Shown here piece by piece: positions 8,341 through 19,702 of a stretch of DNA of 64,000 bases. Position 1 is the first letter of the stretch; the number at the start of each line of letters is the position of its first letter. Source of the DNA: an uncultured Campylobacter sp. (lineage in GTDB: Bacteria; Campylobacterota; Campylobacteria; Campylobacterales; Campylobacteraceae); assembly GCF_938045405.1 (NCBI RefSeq), contig NZ_CALIMW010000057.1:2312-66311 (forward strand), given 5' to 3'. The translations under genes were made by a program, and so were the position numbers. The notes below the pieces were generated by a model, which searched no databases, was not told where the DNA came from, and was given only the letters and a program-made list of their open reading frames with translations.

Positions 8341-10788
8341 CTACTTTACCACCAAATTTACAAGCTTGTTTTTGACATAAATTTCTTTTACGATGCTCTT
8401 GCCTTCTAGCCATTTGGCGCAGTTTTGCTTTGCAAGGCTTAAAATTTCGCCCTCGCTTAGGCCTGCATCCGCTTCAAACTCGGCGCGTTTTTTGCCGTTA
8501 ATCGTGACGGCAAGCTTGATCGTATCGCTCTCAAAGACCTCTTCGCAAACTCTCAGCTCGCCGAAATTCCGCCTTTTAAACAGCTTCTCGCTAAGCTCAG
8601 CGCAGATATGCGGCACGATAGGCTCGAGCAGGTTTAAAATCACAAAGTAACCCTCAGTAAATACGTCTTTGTTGCTCTGCGCATTTAGCGCATTTAGCGC
8701 CTCCATACACGCGGCGATTAGGGTATTAAAAGCAAAACTGCTCTCATAAACCTGCTGCGATTTCTTAAGCGCCTCGTAAACTTTGAGGCGGGCGTATTTT
8801 TCCTCTTTATTTAAAGCGGCGTGGTCGATCTGCGGAATTTTATCCGTAGCATAAGCGTTTTCGGCGCGATCGTAGAGGCGGCTAAGAAATTTATACGCGC
8901 CCTCTACCGCGCTGTCGTTCCACTCAAGCTCCTTTTGCGGCGGCGCGGCAAAAAGTATAAAAAGCCTCGCCGTATCGGCGCCGTAGGTCTCGATGATGTC
9001 GTCCGGATCGACGGTGTTTCCTTTGCTTTTACTCATCTTTGCGCCGTCTTTTAGCACCATACCCTGAGTTAGCAGCCGCTCAAACGGCTCGCTATCGCGC
9101 AGATAGCCTATGTCGCGAAGAGCCTTTTGGAAAAATCTCGCATACAAAAGGTGCAAGATCGCGTGCTCGATGCCGCCGATATACTGATCGACGTTCATCC
9201 AGTAGTTCACGCTTTGCTCGTCAAACGCCCGCTGCTGCCACGTCCGTTCGTCGCTTGCGTAGCGCGCGAAATACCATGAGCTTTCAAAAAATGTATCGAG
9301 CGTGTCGGTCTCGCGTACCGCGTCGCCGCCGCATTTAGGGCATTTGCAAAACTTCCAGCTAGGATGCGTATCCAGCGGATTGCCCTTGCCGGTGATCTTA
9401 ATATCCTGCGGAAGCTCTACGGGCAGATTTGAAATTTCCTCGCTTACCAGCCCGCATTTTGGGCAGTGGATCATCGGGATCGGCGCGCCCCAGTAGCGCT
9501 GGCGGCTCACTCCCCAATCGCGCAGTTTAAAATTTACCACGCGGCGTCCGAGCCCTAGCTCCTCAAATTTTGAGATGACGGCGCTTTTTGCCTTCTCGCT
9601 ATCCATGCCGCTAAACTCTTGGGAATTTACCAAAACTCCGCTCTCGACGTAAGCTTTGCTAGCGTCGTAATCGCCGCTTTTAGAAGCGATGCTTTGAATG
9701 ATCGGCAGGTTAAATTTCTTTGCAAACTCGAAGTCTCTCTCATCGTGCGCAGGCACCGCCATGACCGCACCGCCGCCGTATTCTGCTAGGACGAAATTTG
9801 CGGTCCAAACGGGGATTTTTTTGCCGCTTAGCGGATGAAGCACGCTGATTCCGAGGCTCACGCCGTCTTTATCGCTTGCTTGGCGCTCGCGCGGGCTTTG
9901 ATTTAAAATTTCTCTCACCTTCGCCGCAGCTTCGGCGTCAAGTAAATTATTATCCAAAAGTCTCTTTACGACCTCGTGTTCCGGCGCAAGCGCCGCGTAG
10001 CTCATACCATAGATCGTATCGGGGCGCGTCGTAAAGACCTTAAAGCCCTCGATGCCGCCAAGTTTGGCGCTGCTTTGCTCGTCAAATTTAAAGCTAAATT
10101 CCAAACCCTCGCTGCGTCCGATCCAGTTTTCCTGCATCGTAAGCACCTGAGCGGGCCACTTGCCCTCAAGCTGCTTTAGGCAATCCAAAAGCTCCTGCGC
10201 GTAGGCGGTGATTTTTAGGTAGTAGCCAGGCATTTGCTTTTGCACGACCTCGTTGCCGCAGCGCCAACACCTGCCCTCCTCGACCTGCTCGTTGGCAAGC
10301 ACCGTCTGATCGTGCTCGCACCAATTTACCACGGCGCTTTTTCTATAGATAAGCCCTTTTTCAAAAAGTTTGATGAAAAATTCCTGCTCCCAGCGCGTAT
10401 AAAGCGGATCGGAGGTAGCGAGCATGCGGCGAGCCGAAAAGCTAAAGCCAAGGCGGTGCAGCTCCTTTTTCATATAATCGATATTTTCGTAAGTCCAAGT
10501 TTTAGGGTGAATGCCGTGTTTGATCGCCGCATTTTCCGCAGGCATGCCGAAGCTATCAAAGCCGATCGGCTGAAGCACGTTGTATCCGCGCAGCCTGTAG
10601 TAGCGGCTTAGCGCGTCGCCGATGCTGTAGTTTCGCACGTGCCCCATGTGGATGCGGCCGCTTGGGTAAGGAAACATCGAAAGGATATATTTTTTAGGCA
10701 GGCTATAATCGTCCTTAGGCTCGAAAACTCCCTCTTCATCCCAAATTTTCTGCCATTTAAGCTCAATACTTTTACTATCGTAAGGCAT
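8341..10788 (-). CDS. leuS: leucine--tRNA ligase
   Basis: 815 aa. Class I HMGH ([12 protein letters not shown]) and KMSKS (KMSKSKGN) motifs, plus editing domain. Confidence 0.95.
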   Translation of the reverse strand: MPYDSKSIELKWQKIWDEEGVFEPKDDYSLPKKYILSMFPYPSGRIHMGHVRNYSIGDALSRYYRLRGYNVLQPIGFDSFGMPAENAAIKHGIHPKTWTYENIDYMKKELHRLGFSFSARRMLATSDPLYTRWEQEFFIKLFEKGLIYRKSAVVNWCEHDQTVLANEQVEEGRCWRCGNEVVQKQMPGYYLKITAYAQELLDCLKQLEGKWPAQVLTMQENWIGRSEGLEFSFKFDEQSSAKLGGIEGFKVFTTRPDTIYGMSYAALAPEHEVVKRLLDNNLLDAEAAAKVREILNQSPRERQASDKDGVSLGISVLHPLSGKKIPVWTANFVLAEYGGGAVMAVPAHDERDFEFAKKFNLPIIQSIASKSGDYDASKAYVESGVLVNSQEFSGMDSEKAKSAVISKFEELGLGRRVVNFKLRDWGVSRQRYWGAPIPMIHCPKCGLVSEEISNLPVELPQDIKITGKGNPLDTHPSWKFCKCPKCGGDAVRETDTLDTFFESSWYFARYASDERTWQQRAFDEQSVNYWMNVDQYIGGIEHAILHLLYARFFQKALRDIGYLRDSEPFERLLTQGMVLKDGAKMSKSKGNTVDPDDIIETYGADTARLFILFAAPPQKELEWNDSAVEGAYKFLSRLYDRAENAYATDKIPQIDHAALNKEEKYARLKVYEALKKSQQVYESSFAFNTLIAACMEALNALNAQSNKDVFTEGYFVILNLLEPIVPHICAELSEKLFKRRNFGELRVCEEVFESDTIKLAVTINGKKRAEFEADAGLSEGEILSLAKQNCAKWLEGKSIVKEIYVKNKLVNLVVK

Positions 10789-10797
10789 TTTGCGCTC

Positions 10798-11139
10798 CTA
10801 GAATTCGTCTTTAGTTTTTGCTGACTCGATCGCTATTAAAATTAGCGAGAAAAAGTTTGCAAGTAGCGCGCCGATCGCAAGCGAGGTCACGATCGATAGA
10901 TCTCCCGGCGCTACTACAATCAAAACGAACGCCGGTATGAGATGCAGATCCGCTACGAGCGAGCTTGCAAAAAGCTCGGCTGCTAGCATATTTCGCACGC
11001 CTACCTTCAAAAGCGTCGAGACTGCATTCACGCTGGTTGCTATGAAAAGTAAAATTTCATTCTTCTCATACAAAAACCCGCCTATCGTAGTCATACTCAT
11101 CAGCGCAAAAAATATGTAAATTACCCTTCCCCAGTTCAT
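10798..11139 (-). CDS. small integral membrane protein, hypothetical
   Basis: 113 aa with 3-4 predicted hydrophobic helices. Sits between secF and leuS as in C. jejuni. Confidence 0.4.
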   Translation of the reverse strand: MNWGRVIYIFFALMSMTTIGGFLYEKNEILLFIATSVNAVSTLLKVGVRNMLAAELFASSLVADLHLIPAFVLIVVAPGDLSIVTSLAIGALLANFFSLILIAIESAKTKDEF

Positions 11140-11148
11140 CTTCTATCC

Positions 11149-12117
11149 TTACACCGTGCCTTTTTCATACATGGCGCGATTCTTTTCTTTCTCTTTGATA
11201 CGGCGCTGTTTTTCGGCTAAAAACGCGCGGTACTTCTCGACATTAAATTTAAACAAAATCAGCATCGGAGCAGCTACAAATACAGAGCTGAATGTTCCTG
11301 CTATGACGCCTATTAGCATCACGAAGCTAAAGCCGTGGATCATCTCACCACCCCAAACGAATAAAATCACAATGACGATGAGAGTCGTAAGCGAAGTAAG
11401 CAACGTACGCGATAGCGTGTGAGAGATCGATTCGTTTATAACCTCATCAAGCTTAATCGATTTACTATCTTTTACACCTTCTCGAATTCTATCGAAAACA
11501 ACGATGGTATCGTTAAGCGAGTAGCCCATTATAGTTAGAAGCGCAGCTAAAATTTCAAGGTTGAAATCCACGCCGGCTAAAATCATCGCACCTACGGCAA
11601 CTACGACGTCGTGCAGATCCGATAATACGGCCGCAATCGCAAATCTCCATTCAAACCGCAGGGTGATATAAACCAAAATGAGCGCAAACGACACGCATAC
11701 CGCTAAAATTCCGTTTGTGCGAAGCTCCTCGCCGACTTTAGAACCTACGATATCGACCTTGCGAATGTCGAAATTTCCGCTGCCTTGCAAAATTTTTTGC
11801 GCCGCTAAAGCAGGATTATCGCCCAGTTCACTCGCAGCGCCTGAATATCTAATCGTAACTTCTTGATCGCTGCCGAATTCTGTAACGTTGATATTGCCTA
11901 AATTTGCCGCCTCGAAGCGTTTTCTGATCTCATCAAGCGGTGCTTTAGCGTCGTATTTAACCTGAATGAGCGTACCGCCGCTAAAATCGATGCCGTAATT
12001 AATGCCCTTAATGAAAAACAGCGCAATGGAGCCTATTATCAAAACAGCAGAAAGCGCAAAAGTAAAATATCTAAATTTCATAAAATCATAAATTTTGCCC
12101 TTATCAAACACTTGCAT
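11149..12117 (-). CDS. secF: protein translocase subunit SecF
   Basis: 322 aa with SecD/SecF family TM architecture, immediately downstream of secD. Confidence 0.9.
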   Translation of the reverse strand: MQVFDKGKIYDFMKFRYFTFALSAVLIIGSIALFFIKGINYGIDFSGGTLIQVKYDAKAPLDEIRKRFEAANLGNINVTEFGSDQEVTIRYSGAASELGDNPALAAQKILQGSGNFDIRKVDIVGSKVGEELRTNGILAVCVSFALILVYITLRFEWRFAIAAVLSDLHDVVVAVGAMILAGVDFNLEILAALLTIMGYSLNDTIVVFDRIREGVKDSKSIKLDEVINESISHTLSRTLLTSLTTLIVIVILFVWGGEMIHGFSFVMLIGVIAGTFSSVFVAAPMLILFKFNVEKYRAFLAEKQRRIKEKEKNRAMYEKGTV

Positions 12118-13705
12118 TTGCGCCTCCTCTTACTTTATAACCGAGCCAAAGCGCGGTATTTTTGCTCTTTTCCATCTTATCCATTACTAGCTCAAACATT
12201 CCGTGGGTGCCTAAAATAGCCGTTATCATCGACGCTACGATACCGATACTCATCGTGACGGCAAAGCCCTTCACTGGACCCGTGCCGTAAGCATAAAGCG
12301 CAGCAGAAGTAATTAGCGTAGTGATATTTGAATCCACGATCGCGCTCATCGCGTTTTCATAGCCTTTATTTATACTTTGGCGGATTGAAACTCCCGTCCT
12401 TAGCACCTCTCTAACGCGCTCATTAATGATTACGTTCGCATCTACCGCCATACCGATAGTTAGCACGATTCCCGCCATTCCAGGAAGCGTTAATGTTGCA
12501 CCAAAAAGCGCCATACAAGCGATCAAAAACAAGATATTTACCACAAGCGCGATGTCGGCAAAAAGCCCCGCTACGCCGTAGTAGAAAATCATAAAGATCA
12601 AAATCGCAACCGCTGCAAGACTAAGCGCCGCCATACTTTTATCGATGCTATCTTGTCCTAGGCTAGGGCCGATGCTGCGCGTTTCGGATACTTTAACCGG
12701 AGCTAAAAGCGCACCGCTTCTAAGCGCGATCGCTACGTCGTGCGCCTCCTCGACGCTAAATCCGCCGCTGATCTGACCGCTGCCGCCGCCGATGCGCTCG
12801 TTAATGCGCGGTGCGGAGTAAACCTTGCCATCAAGGACGATCGCAAGGCGCTTACCGACATTTTTGCCGGTAAAATCGCCAAAAATTTGAGCGCCTTGAG
12901 AGTTCAGCGTAAAATTTATGATCGGCTGGTTGGTGTGCTGATCGAAAGCTACCTTCGCATCAACTAGCATCGCGCCATCAAGCACCGGAATTTCGTTTAT
13001 GAGATACTTGTAATTCGGATTTTTAACGTCCGGGTAGATCACGTCGCCGTAAGCTCTGGCATCCGCTGCACTGATAGTCTGCGCGCGGTCTTGGCGCACG
13101 TCGTCCACCGCCATAAGCTGCAAGTGAGCCGCTTTGGCGATCAGATCTTTGGCGCGCTGCTCATCCGCCGCACTTTTGACGCCCGGAAGCTCAACCAAAA
13201 TATAACTCTCGCCCTGCTTTGCTACCGTCGGCTCCGCAAGTCCGAATTGATCCAAGCGGTTTCGGATAGTTTCTACAGCCTGTTCGATCGCGTACTTTTT
13301 AGTCGCTTCGACCTCCTCGGGCGTTAGCGTAACGCGATATTTTTCGCCCGATTTTTGAATGTCTAATCCGCTTGCGGCGCTATGCAAAATCGCATCAAAT
13401 TTAGAAGCCTCGTCTGCGTCTAAAATTTCAAACTCAAACGAATCGCCTTCCAATTTTAGCCCGTCCATCAGCAGATCATCGCGCTTGGCGGCGTAATTGA
13501 CGCTCGCAGCGATCGATTTGATCTTTGAAACGACCGCCTCGTCGCTTTGAACTTCCAAAAGCATATGCAGGCCACCTTGCAGATCCAGACCCAAGTTTAT
13601 CTTGCTTCCCTTTTCGGTCTGAAAGATCGAAGGCGCGGCAAAAATCGCCGAAAAAATTACCGCAGCCAAAAAGATCAGCAGGCGGTATGAAATTTTACTG
13701 CTCAT
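12104..13705 (-). CDS. secD: protein translocase subunit SecD
   Basis: 533 aa. Large periplasmic loop plus C-terminal six-helix bundle typical of SecD. Overlaps secF by 14 nt. Confidence 0.9.
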   Translation of the reverse strand: MSSKISYRLLIFLAAVIFSAIFAAPSIFQTEKGSKINLGLDLQGGLHMLLEVQSDEAVVSKIKSIAASVNYAAKRDDLLMDGLKLEGDSFEFEILDADEASKFDAILHSAASGLDIQKSGEKYRVTLTPEEVEATKKYAIEQAVETIRNRLDQFGLAEPTVAKQGESYILVELPGVKSAADEQRAKDLIAKAAHLQLMAVDDVRQDRAQTISAADARAYGDVIYPDVKNPNYKYLINEIPVLDGAMLVDAKVAFDQHTNQPIINFTLNSQGAQIFGDFTGKNVGKRLAIVLDGKVYSAPRINERIGGGSGQISGGFSVEEAHDVAIALRSGALLAPVKVSETRSIGPSLGQDSIDKSMAALSLAAVAILIFMIFYYGVAGLFADIALVVNILFLIACMALFGATLTLPGMAGIVLTIGMAVDANVIINERVREVLRTGVSIRQSINKGYENAMSAIVDSNITTLITSAALYAYGTGPVKGFAVTMSIGIVASMITAILGTHGMFELVMDKMEKSKNTALWLGYKVRGGANASV

Positions 13706-13967
13706 CTAATTTTCTTGCTACGAATTGTTTATCTAGCTCAACCATGACCTCATCGTTAAGCTTAACTGTGATAAAATCATTGTTTGTTTTCACGACCGTG
13801 CATTTTATGCCACCGCTAGTTATGATCTTATCGCCTTTGCCGAGCGCATCGACCATCGCTTTATGATCCTTGGCCTGTTTTTGCTGCGGTCTGATAATCA
13901 AAAAATACATAATCGCAAAGATTACGACGATAGGCAGGATTGATGCAAAGAAGTTTCCTTGTTCCAT
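13695..13967 (-). CDS. yajC: preprotein translocase subunit YajC
   Basis: 90 aa. N-terminal TM helix followed by IIRPQQKQ, the classic YajC motif. Overlaps the secD start. Confidence 0.85.
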   Translation of the reverse strand: MEQGNFFASILPIVVIFAIMYFLIIRPQQKQAKDHKAMVDALGKGDKIITSGGIKCTVVKTNNDFITVKLNDEVMVELDKQFVARKLDEQ

Positions 13968-15286
13968 GTGTTTCCTTCATTAGAAATTTAAAAAGTAGCT
14001 ATTTTACATTAAGTTACATAAATAAAGGCTTTGTTCTTGCCCTTGCGCTTTCAAATTTTATTTTCGTAGAAATTTTAAGCTCTAAATTTGACGGTTTAAT
14101 CGCTCTAGCGGCGGAATTTTTCTCGCCTTTAATTGCGATAGCGGCGCTTTATTATCTGCTAAAGGCAAGCAAGGCGGAGTGGTTTTGGTGCGGATTTTTT
14201 ATCGGCGCGCTGTGGATGCACTGGATCAGCTTCAGTCTGATCTATTTTAATCTCGCGTTTTTGATCCCGCTTGAAATTCTTGGAATTTGTCTCGTTTATG
14301 CCTTTATTTTCCGCATCTTTGCGATCTTTGACGCGCCCGTTTTGCGCGCTGCATGCCTTTTAATTCTAAAATTTATCCATCCTTTCGGCTTTGATTGGCT
14401 AAATTTTGAATTGCTGCTAAGCCATGGAATTTTCAGAGCCGATCTTAGCGCGCTGGCTCTTGTTTTAGCGGGACTTTGCGCAGTTTTGTATCTACGCGGA
14501 CGAGGCGCCAGAGCTAAGCTTAACGCCTCGATTTTCGCGGCGTTTTTGATCTGCGCGCTGCAATTCGGCCAAAAAGAGCCCGAGCCGCTACCGATTAAAA
14601 TTTCACTCGCAAACACCGATATTTCGCAGCATGACATCTGGACGAAAGATAAAATTTTATCCGCCGCGTTGGCAAATTTGGCTCGGATTGATGATGCGAT
14701 CGCAGAGGGACAAGACGCGATAATACTGCCCGAGAGCGCCTTTGCGATGCCGCTAAATTTAGAAAACGTGCTAGTTGGAGCTCTAAAGGAAAAATCGCGC
14801 GCAATTACTATCGTAGCGGGCGCGGAAGCGTATGAGAACGGGAAATTTTACAACAGCGCCTATCTTTTTGCGAACGGAGAAATGAAGCGCTTCGATAAGC
14901 ACATTTTGGTACCGTTTGGCGAAATGGTGCCGCTGCCGGAATTCGCGCGAAATTTCATCAACCGCGTGCTGCTAGGCGGCGCGACCGATTTTTCCACAGC
15001 TAGCGGCTTTAGCGACTACGAGCTTGGCGGGCGAAGCGTAAGAAGCGCCGTTTGCTACGAGGCTACGCGCGCAGAGCTTTACGAGGGCTCGCCCAAATAC
15101 GTCGTAGCGATCAGCAATAACGGCTGGTTCGTGCCGAGCTACGAGCCCTATTTGCAGCGCCTCATAATCCGCTACTACGCGAGCTTGCACGGTACATTGA
15201 TCTATCACGCCGTAAACGGCAGCGCTAGCGAGATAATCGCTCCGAAAAAGATCTGGATAAACCGCCTTAAAGATCATCTAAAATAG
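13940..15286 (+). CDS. lnt: apolipoprotein N-acyltransferase
   Basis: 448 aa. N-terminal polytopic membrane domain plus C-terminal CN-hydrolase domain (catalytic Cys in VCYEATRAE). Divergent from yajC as in C. jejuni. The start overlaps yajC by 28 nt on the opposite strand, so the true start may be downstream. Confidence 0.8.
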   Translation: MMQRSFLVPCVSFIRNLKSSYFTLSYINKGFVLALALSNFIFVEILSSKFDGLIALAAEFFSPLIAIAALYYLLKASKAEWFWCGFFIGALWMHWISFSLIYFNLAFLIPLEILGICLVYAFIFRIFAIFDAPVLRAACLLILKFIHPFGFDWLNFELLLSHGIFRADLSALALVLAGLCAVLYLRGRGARAKLNASIFAAFLICALQFGQKEPEPLPIKISLANTDISQHDIWTKDKILSAALANLARIDDAIAEGQDAIILPESAFAMPLNLENVLVGALKEKSRAITIVAGAEAYENGKFYNSAYLFANGEMKRFDKHILVPFGEMVPLPEFARNFINRVLLGGATDFSTASGFSDYELGGRSVRSAVCYEATRAELYEGSPKYVVAISNNGWFVPSYEPYLQRLIIRYYASLHGTLIYHAVNGSASEIIAPKKIWINRLKDHLK

Positions 15287-15310
15287 CCTAAAAAGTTATT
15301 TTTAAACGAC

Positions 15311-16070
<760 letters not shown>

Positions 16071-16090
16071 AATTTTAAATTTAAGGAGAA

Positions 16091-16312
16091 TTGATGAGAA
16101 CCGAACAAATTGTAGCCAAGGCTTTAAAAGTAACGGGCGGAGACCGATATAAGCTATCTTTGATGATAAGCAAACGCGCCGAGCAGCTAGCTGCTGGCGA
16201 ACCTCCGCTGATAGAGAACGTAGATACTCGCAGGATGAAATTTGCCGATATAGCAATCTTGGAACTAGCCGAAGGTAAGATCGCATTAGATGGAATCGTT
16301 GACAAGGATTAA
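16091..16312 (+). CDS. rpoZ: DNA-directed RNA polymerase subunit omega
   Basis: 73 aa. RYKLSLMISKRAEQL omega motif. Conserved position upstream of spoT. Confidence 0.8.
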   Translation: MMRTEQIVAKALKVTGGDRYKLSLMISKRAEQLAAGEPPLIENVDTRRMKFADIAILELAEGKIALDGIVDKD

Positions 16313-18482
16313 TGATAACTTCTTAGAAAGTCTCATCGACGATGTCGTCGATACCAAAGACATTCAAAGCGCCAAGCAGCTGCTTTATAATCTAAAAGAG
16401 CCTACTCCGTTACTGGTGGATGCTATAAATTTATGCATCGCGCAGCACGACGGGCAGTTTCGCAAAAGTGGCGAGCCGTATGCGATCCATCCGATTTTGG
16501 TAGCTTGCTTCGTATCTTTTATGGGCGGAGACGACGCAATGGTGATATCTGCGCTACTACACGACGTAGTAGAGGATACAGATTACAGCATCGAGCAGGT
16601 TAGACAAAGATTCGGCGACGAAGTAGCCAAAATCGTAGAAGGGCTTACTAAAATCGTAAACATCAGAGAGGATAAATTAGCCCCATCCAGCGATAGTAAC
16701 GCCAAGCTACGCACCACGGCGCTTACCTTCCGCAGGATGCTGATGATCTCCATTAACGATCAGCGCGTCCTAGTCGTAAAGCTCTGCGATAGGCTGCACA
16801 ATATGCTAACCCTAGACGCACTTCGCCCCGATAAACAAAAACGCATCGGCGAAGAGACACTTTTGGTTTATGCGCCGATCGCGCACAGGCTTGGAATTTC
16901 ATCGATCAAAAACGTGCTTGAGGATCTTAGCTTCAAATACGTTATGCCTAAAGAATACGCAGCGATCGCCGATTACGTCGAGGAGCATAAGCAGCAGCTT
17001 CAGATGAGCTTGAGCAAATTTAGCGAAAAGATCAAGGAGTATATGCTTTCAAACGGCTTTAGCGAGGGCAGCTTTGAGATCCAAAAGCGGATGAAGCACT
17101 ACTACTCGATCTTTTTAAAAATGCAGCGCAAAGGAATTTCGATCGAGGAGGTGCTCGATCTTTTGGCTATCCGCATCATCGTGCAAAAGCCGATGGATTG
17201 CTACTTGGCTCTAGGTATAATCCATACTAAATTTAATCCGCTCATATCGCGCTTTAAGGATTATATCGCGCTTCCGAAGCAAAACGGCTACCAGACGATC
17301 CACACGACCGTTTTTAACGAAAGTATGATCGTAGAGGTGCAGATCCGCACCTTCGATATGCATAACACCGCGGAATTCGGCGTCGCCGCGCACTGGAAGT
17401 ATAAATATAGCGGCTCAATCAATCCGAAGCTCGATTGGCTAAACGATATCGGCATGCAGGAAGAGGACGACGCCAACGCCGAGGATCTTTACGAATACGC
17501 TAAAGACAGCCTCTACGTCGAGGATATCGCCGTGTATTCGCCAAAGGGCGGAATTTTTACATTGCCGCGCGGCGCTACGGCGCTTGATTACGCCTACGAG
17601 ATACACTCTCAAGTGGGCTTAAAAGCGACCGAGGCCTTTATAAACCGCGTCAAGGTGCCGCTATTAACGGAGCTAAAAAACGGAGATATCGTTCATATCA
17701 TTACCGGAAGCGAGCCACACTACCGCTGCAGCTGGCTAAGCTCTGTAAAAACGGGCAAGGCGCGCGCAACGATAAAGGCGTTTTGCAAGCAAAAGATCAG
17801 AGATATAAATTTTGAAGTAGCGATTAAAATTTTATGCGCGATCTTTACGACGAGTAAGGAGAGCATTCTAAGCTGGCTTGAAAAAGAAAATTTAAGCAAA
17901 AAGATCGGCAAAGCTGCCTACGACTCGGTATTTTTAAAAGACGTCGTAAACGCGCTGAAAAAATACCCGCTCAAAGAGAAATTTTTCAATATGAAATTTC
18001 GCAGCAAGTATGAGATCGAGAAGCAAAAATTTGACAACATCGTGGTGTATTCAAATTTTAAAATCGACGAGGTTGAGTTTGATTACTGCTGCAACCCAAA
18101 GCGTGGCGACGACATCATCGGCTTTCGCAACGGACACGGCGTGACGGTGCATCATAAGCTGTGCGAACGTGCAAGCGAGCTAATCAAAACCGATGAGATG
18201 ATCTTCGTAAAATGGACGCGTAATGCGCCGCACCGCTACAAGATCATATTAAATTTAGAAAACAAGCGCGGCTCGCTGGCGACGTTTTTGAACTATTTAG
18301 TCAAGCTCGAGGTCGATCTAGTGTCGATAAGCCTCAACGAAAATAGCGAAACGACGTCGGATTATTTTGAGATTATCATCGAGCTAAACGAAAATTTAGA
18401 CTCTACGGAGATTAAAGACAAACTCAAAAACCGCTTTAAAATCGTGGATTTCGTATCGCTTACGGACGTATATAAAAACTAA
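16290..18482 (+). CDS. spoT: bifunctional (p)ppGpp synthetase/hydrolase (RelA/SpoT homologue)
   Basis: 730 aa. HD hydrolase motif (HDVVEDT), RelA/SpoT synthetase domain, TGS and ACT-like C-terminal domains. Confidence 0.9.
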   Translation: MESLTRINDNFLESLIDDVVDTKDIQSAKQLLYNLKEPTPLLVDAINLCIAQHDGQFRKSGEPYAIHPILVACFVSFMGGDDAMVISALLHDVVEDTDYSIEQVRQRFGDEVAKIVEGLTKIVNIREDKLAPSSDSNAKLRTTALTFRRMLMISINDQRVLVVKLCDRLHNMLTLDALRPDKQKRIGEETLLVYAPIAHRLGISSIKNVLEDLSFKYVMPKEYAAIADYVEEHKQQLQMSLSKFSEKIKEYMLSNGFSEGSFEIQKRMKHYYSIFLKMQRKGISIEEVLDLLAIRIIVQKPMDCYLALGIIHTKFNPLISRFKDYIALPKQNGYQTIHTTVFNESMIVEVQIRTFDMHNTAEFGVAAHWKYKYSGSINPKLDWLNDIGMQEEDDANAEDLYEYAKDSLYVEDIAVYSPKGGIFTLPRGATALDYAYEIHSQVGLKATEAFINRVKVPLLTELKNGDIVHIITGSEPHYRCSWLSSVKTGKARATIKAFCKQKIRDINFEVAIKILCAIFTTSKESILSWLEKENLSKKIGKAAYDSVFLKDVVNALKKYPLKEKFFNMKFRSKYEIEKQKFDNIVVYSNFKIDEVEFDYCCNPKRGDDIIGFRNGHGVTVHHKLCERASELIKTDEMIFVKWTRNAPHRYKIILNLENKRGSLATFLNYLVKLEVDLVSISLNENSETTSDYFEIIIELNENLDSTEIKDKLKNRFKIVDFVSLTDVYKN

Positions 18483-18496
18483 ATAAGGGAGAGCAA

Positions 18497-19702
18497 ATGG
18501 CTGACATTCAAAGCATTATGGAAAATTTTAAGCGCGGCGTCGCGGAAATCATCGGCGAGGAGCAGATTGAAGCACTGATTAGGCGCTATTACGACAGCGG
18601 CGAGGTCTTTTACGTCAAAATCGGCATGGATCCCACTGCTGCGGATCTGCACCTAGGTCACGCCGTCGTGCTAAATAAGCTTGCGTTTTTACAAAACCAC
18701 GGCGCGATCGTGCAGTTTCTAATCGGCGATTTTACCGCTCAAATCGGCGATCCTACGGGCAAGAGCGAGACTCGCAAAAAGCTAGCGCGCGAAGTTGTGC
18801 TTCAAAACGCCAAAACTTACGAGCAGCAGGTCTTTAAAATTCTAAATCCCGCAAAAACTAAGGTGATGTTTAACTCCGAATGGACCAACCGCCTGGGTGC
18901 TAGCGGTATGATTGAGCTATCAAGCACTTTTAATGTTGCCCGGATGCTCGAGCGCGACGACTTTGAGAAGCGCTACAAGGCCGAGCAGCCGATCAGCATC
19001 AGCGAGTTTATGTATCCGCTACTGCAAGGATACGACAGCGTTTGCATGAAATGCGATATAGAATTCGGCGGTACCGATCAGAAATTTAATCTTTTAATGG
19101 GTCGCCAGCTGCAAAGAATTTATGATGTCGGCAAAGAACAAAGCGTCGTGATGATGCCGCTTTTGGTAGGTACCGACGGCACGAATAAGATGAGCAAGAG
19201 CCTGGGTAACTACATCGGCGTAACCGATACGCCTCATGATATGTACGGCAAGGTGATGAGTATCAGCGATGCGTTAATGTGGGATTGGTATAATCTGCTA
19301 AGCCAAAAAAGCAGCGAAGATATTGAGCTAATAAAAGGCTTCGTGGCGGATGGCTCGATCCATCCTAAGGCGGTTAAGGAGGAGCTTGCCTCCGAGATCG
19401 TCACGCAATTTTATGACGAAAATACCGCCTTTGAAGCCAAGCAGGAATTTGACCGCGTCCATGGCGCCGGCGAGCTTCCTAGCGAGATCAAGGAGTACCA
19501 CGTAAGCTCGCCTGCATGGATCGTAAAGGCGCTCATCAGCTGCAAGCTTGCCGTCTCTAGCTCGGATGCGCGCAGGCTGATAAAATCAAACGCCGTCAGT
19601 ATCGATCAAAATAAAATTTTAGATGAGCAGCTTCAGCTTAGCTCGGGCGAATACACGCTTCAAGTAGGGAAGAAGAAATTCGCTAAATTAAAGGTGGATT
19701 AA
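18497..19702 (+). CDS. tyrS: tyrosine--tRNA ligase
   Basis: 401 aa. HLGH and KMSKS motifs, C-terminal S4-like domain. Confidence 0.95.
   Translation: MADIQSIMENFKRGVAEIIGEEQIEALIRRYYDSGEVFYVKIGMDPTAADLHLGHAVVLNKLAFLQNHGAIVQFLIGDFTAQIGDPTGKSETRKKLAREVVLQNAKTYEQQVFKILNPAKTKVMFNSEWTNRLGASGMIELSSTFNVARMLERDDFEKRYKAEQPISISEFMYPLLQGYDSVCMKCDIEFGGTDQKFNLLMGRQLQRIYDVGKEQSVVMMPLLVGTDGTNKMSKSLGNYIGVTDTPHDMYGKVMSISDALMWDWYNLLSQKSSEDIELIKGFVADGSIHPKAVKEELASEIVTQFYDENTAFEAKQEFDRVHGAGELPSEIKEYHVSSPAWIVKALISCKLAVSSSDARRLIKSNAVSIDQNKILDEQLQLSSGEYTLQVGKKKFAKLKVD

Noticed and set aside
14296-14804. 113-aa and 69-aa minus-strand ORFs inside lnt
   Set aside because: They are antisense to the well-supported lnt CDS and have low-complexity R/K/A-rich sequence.
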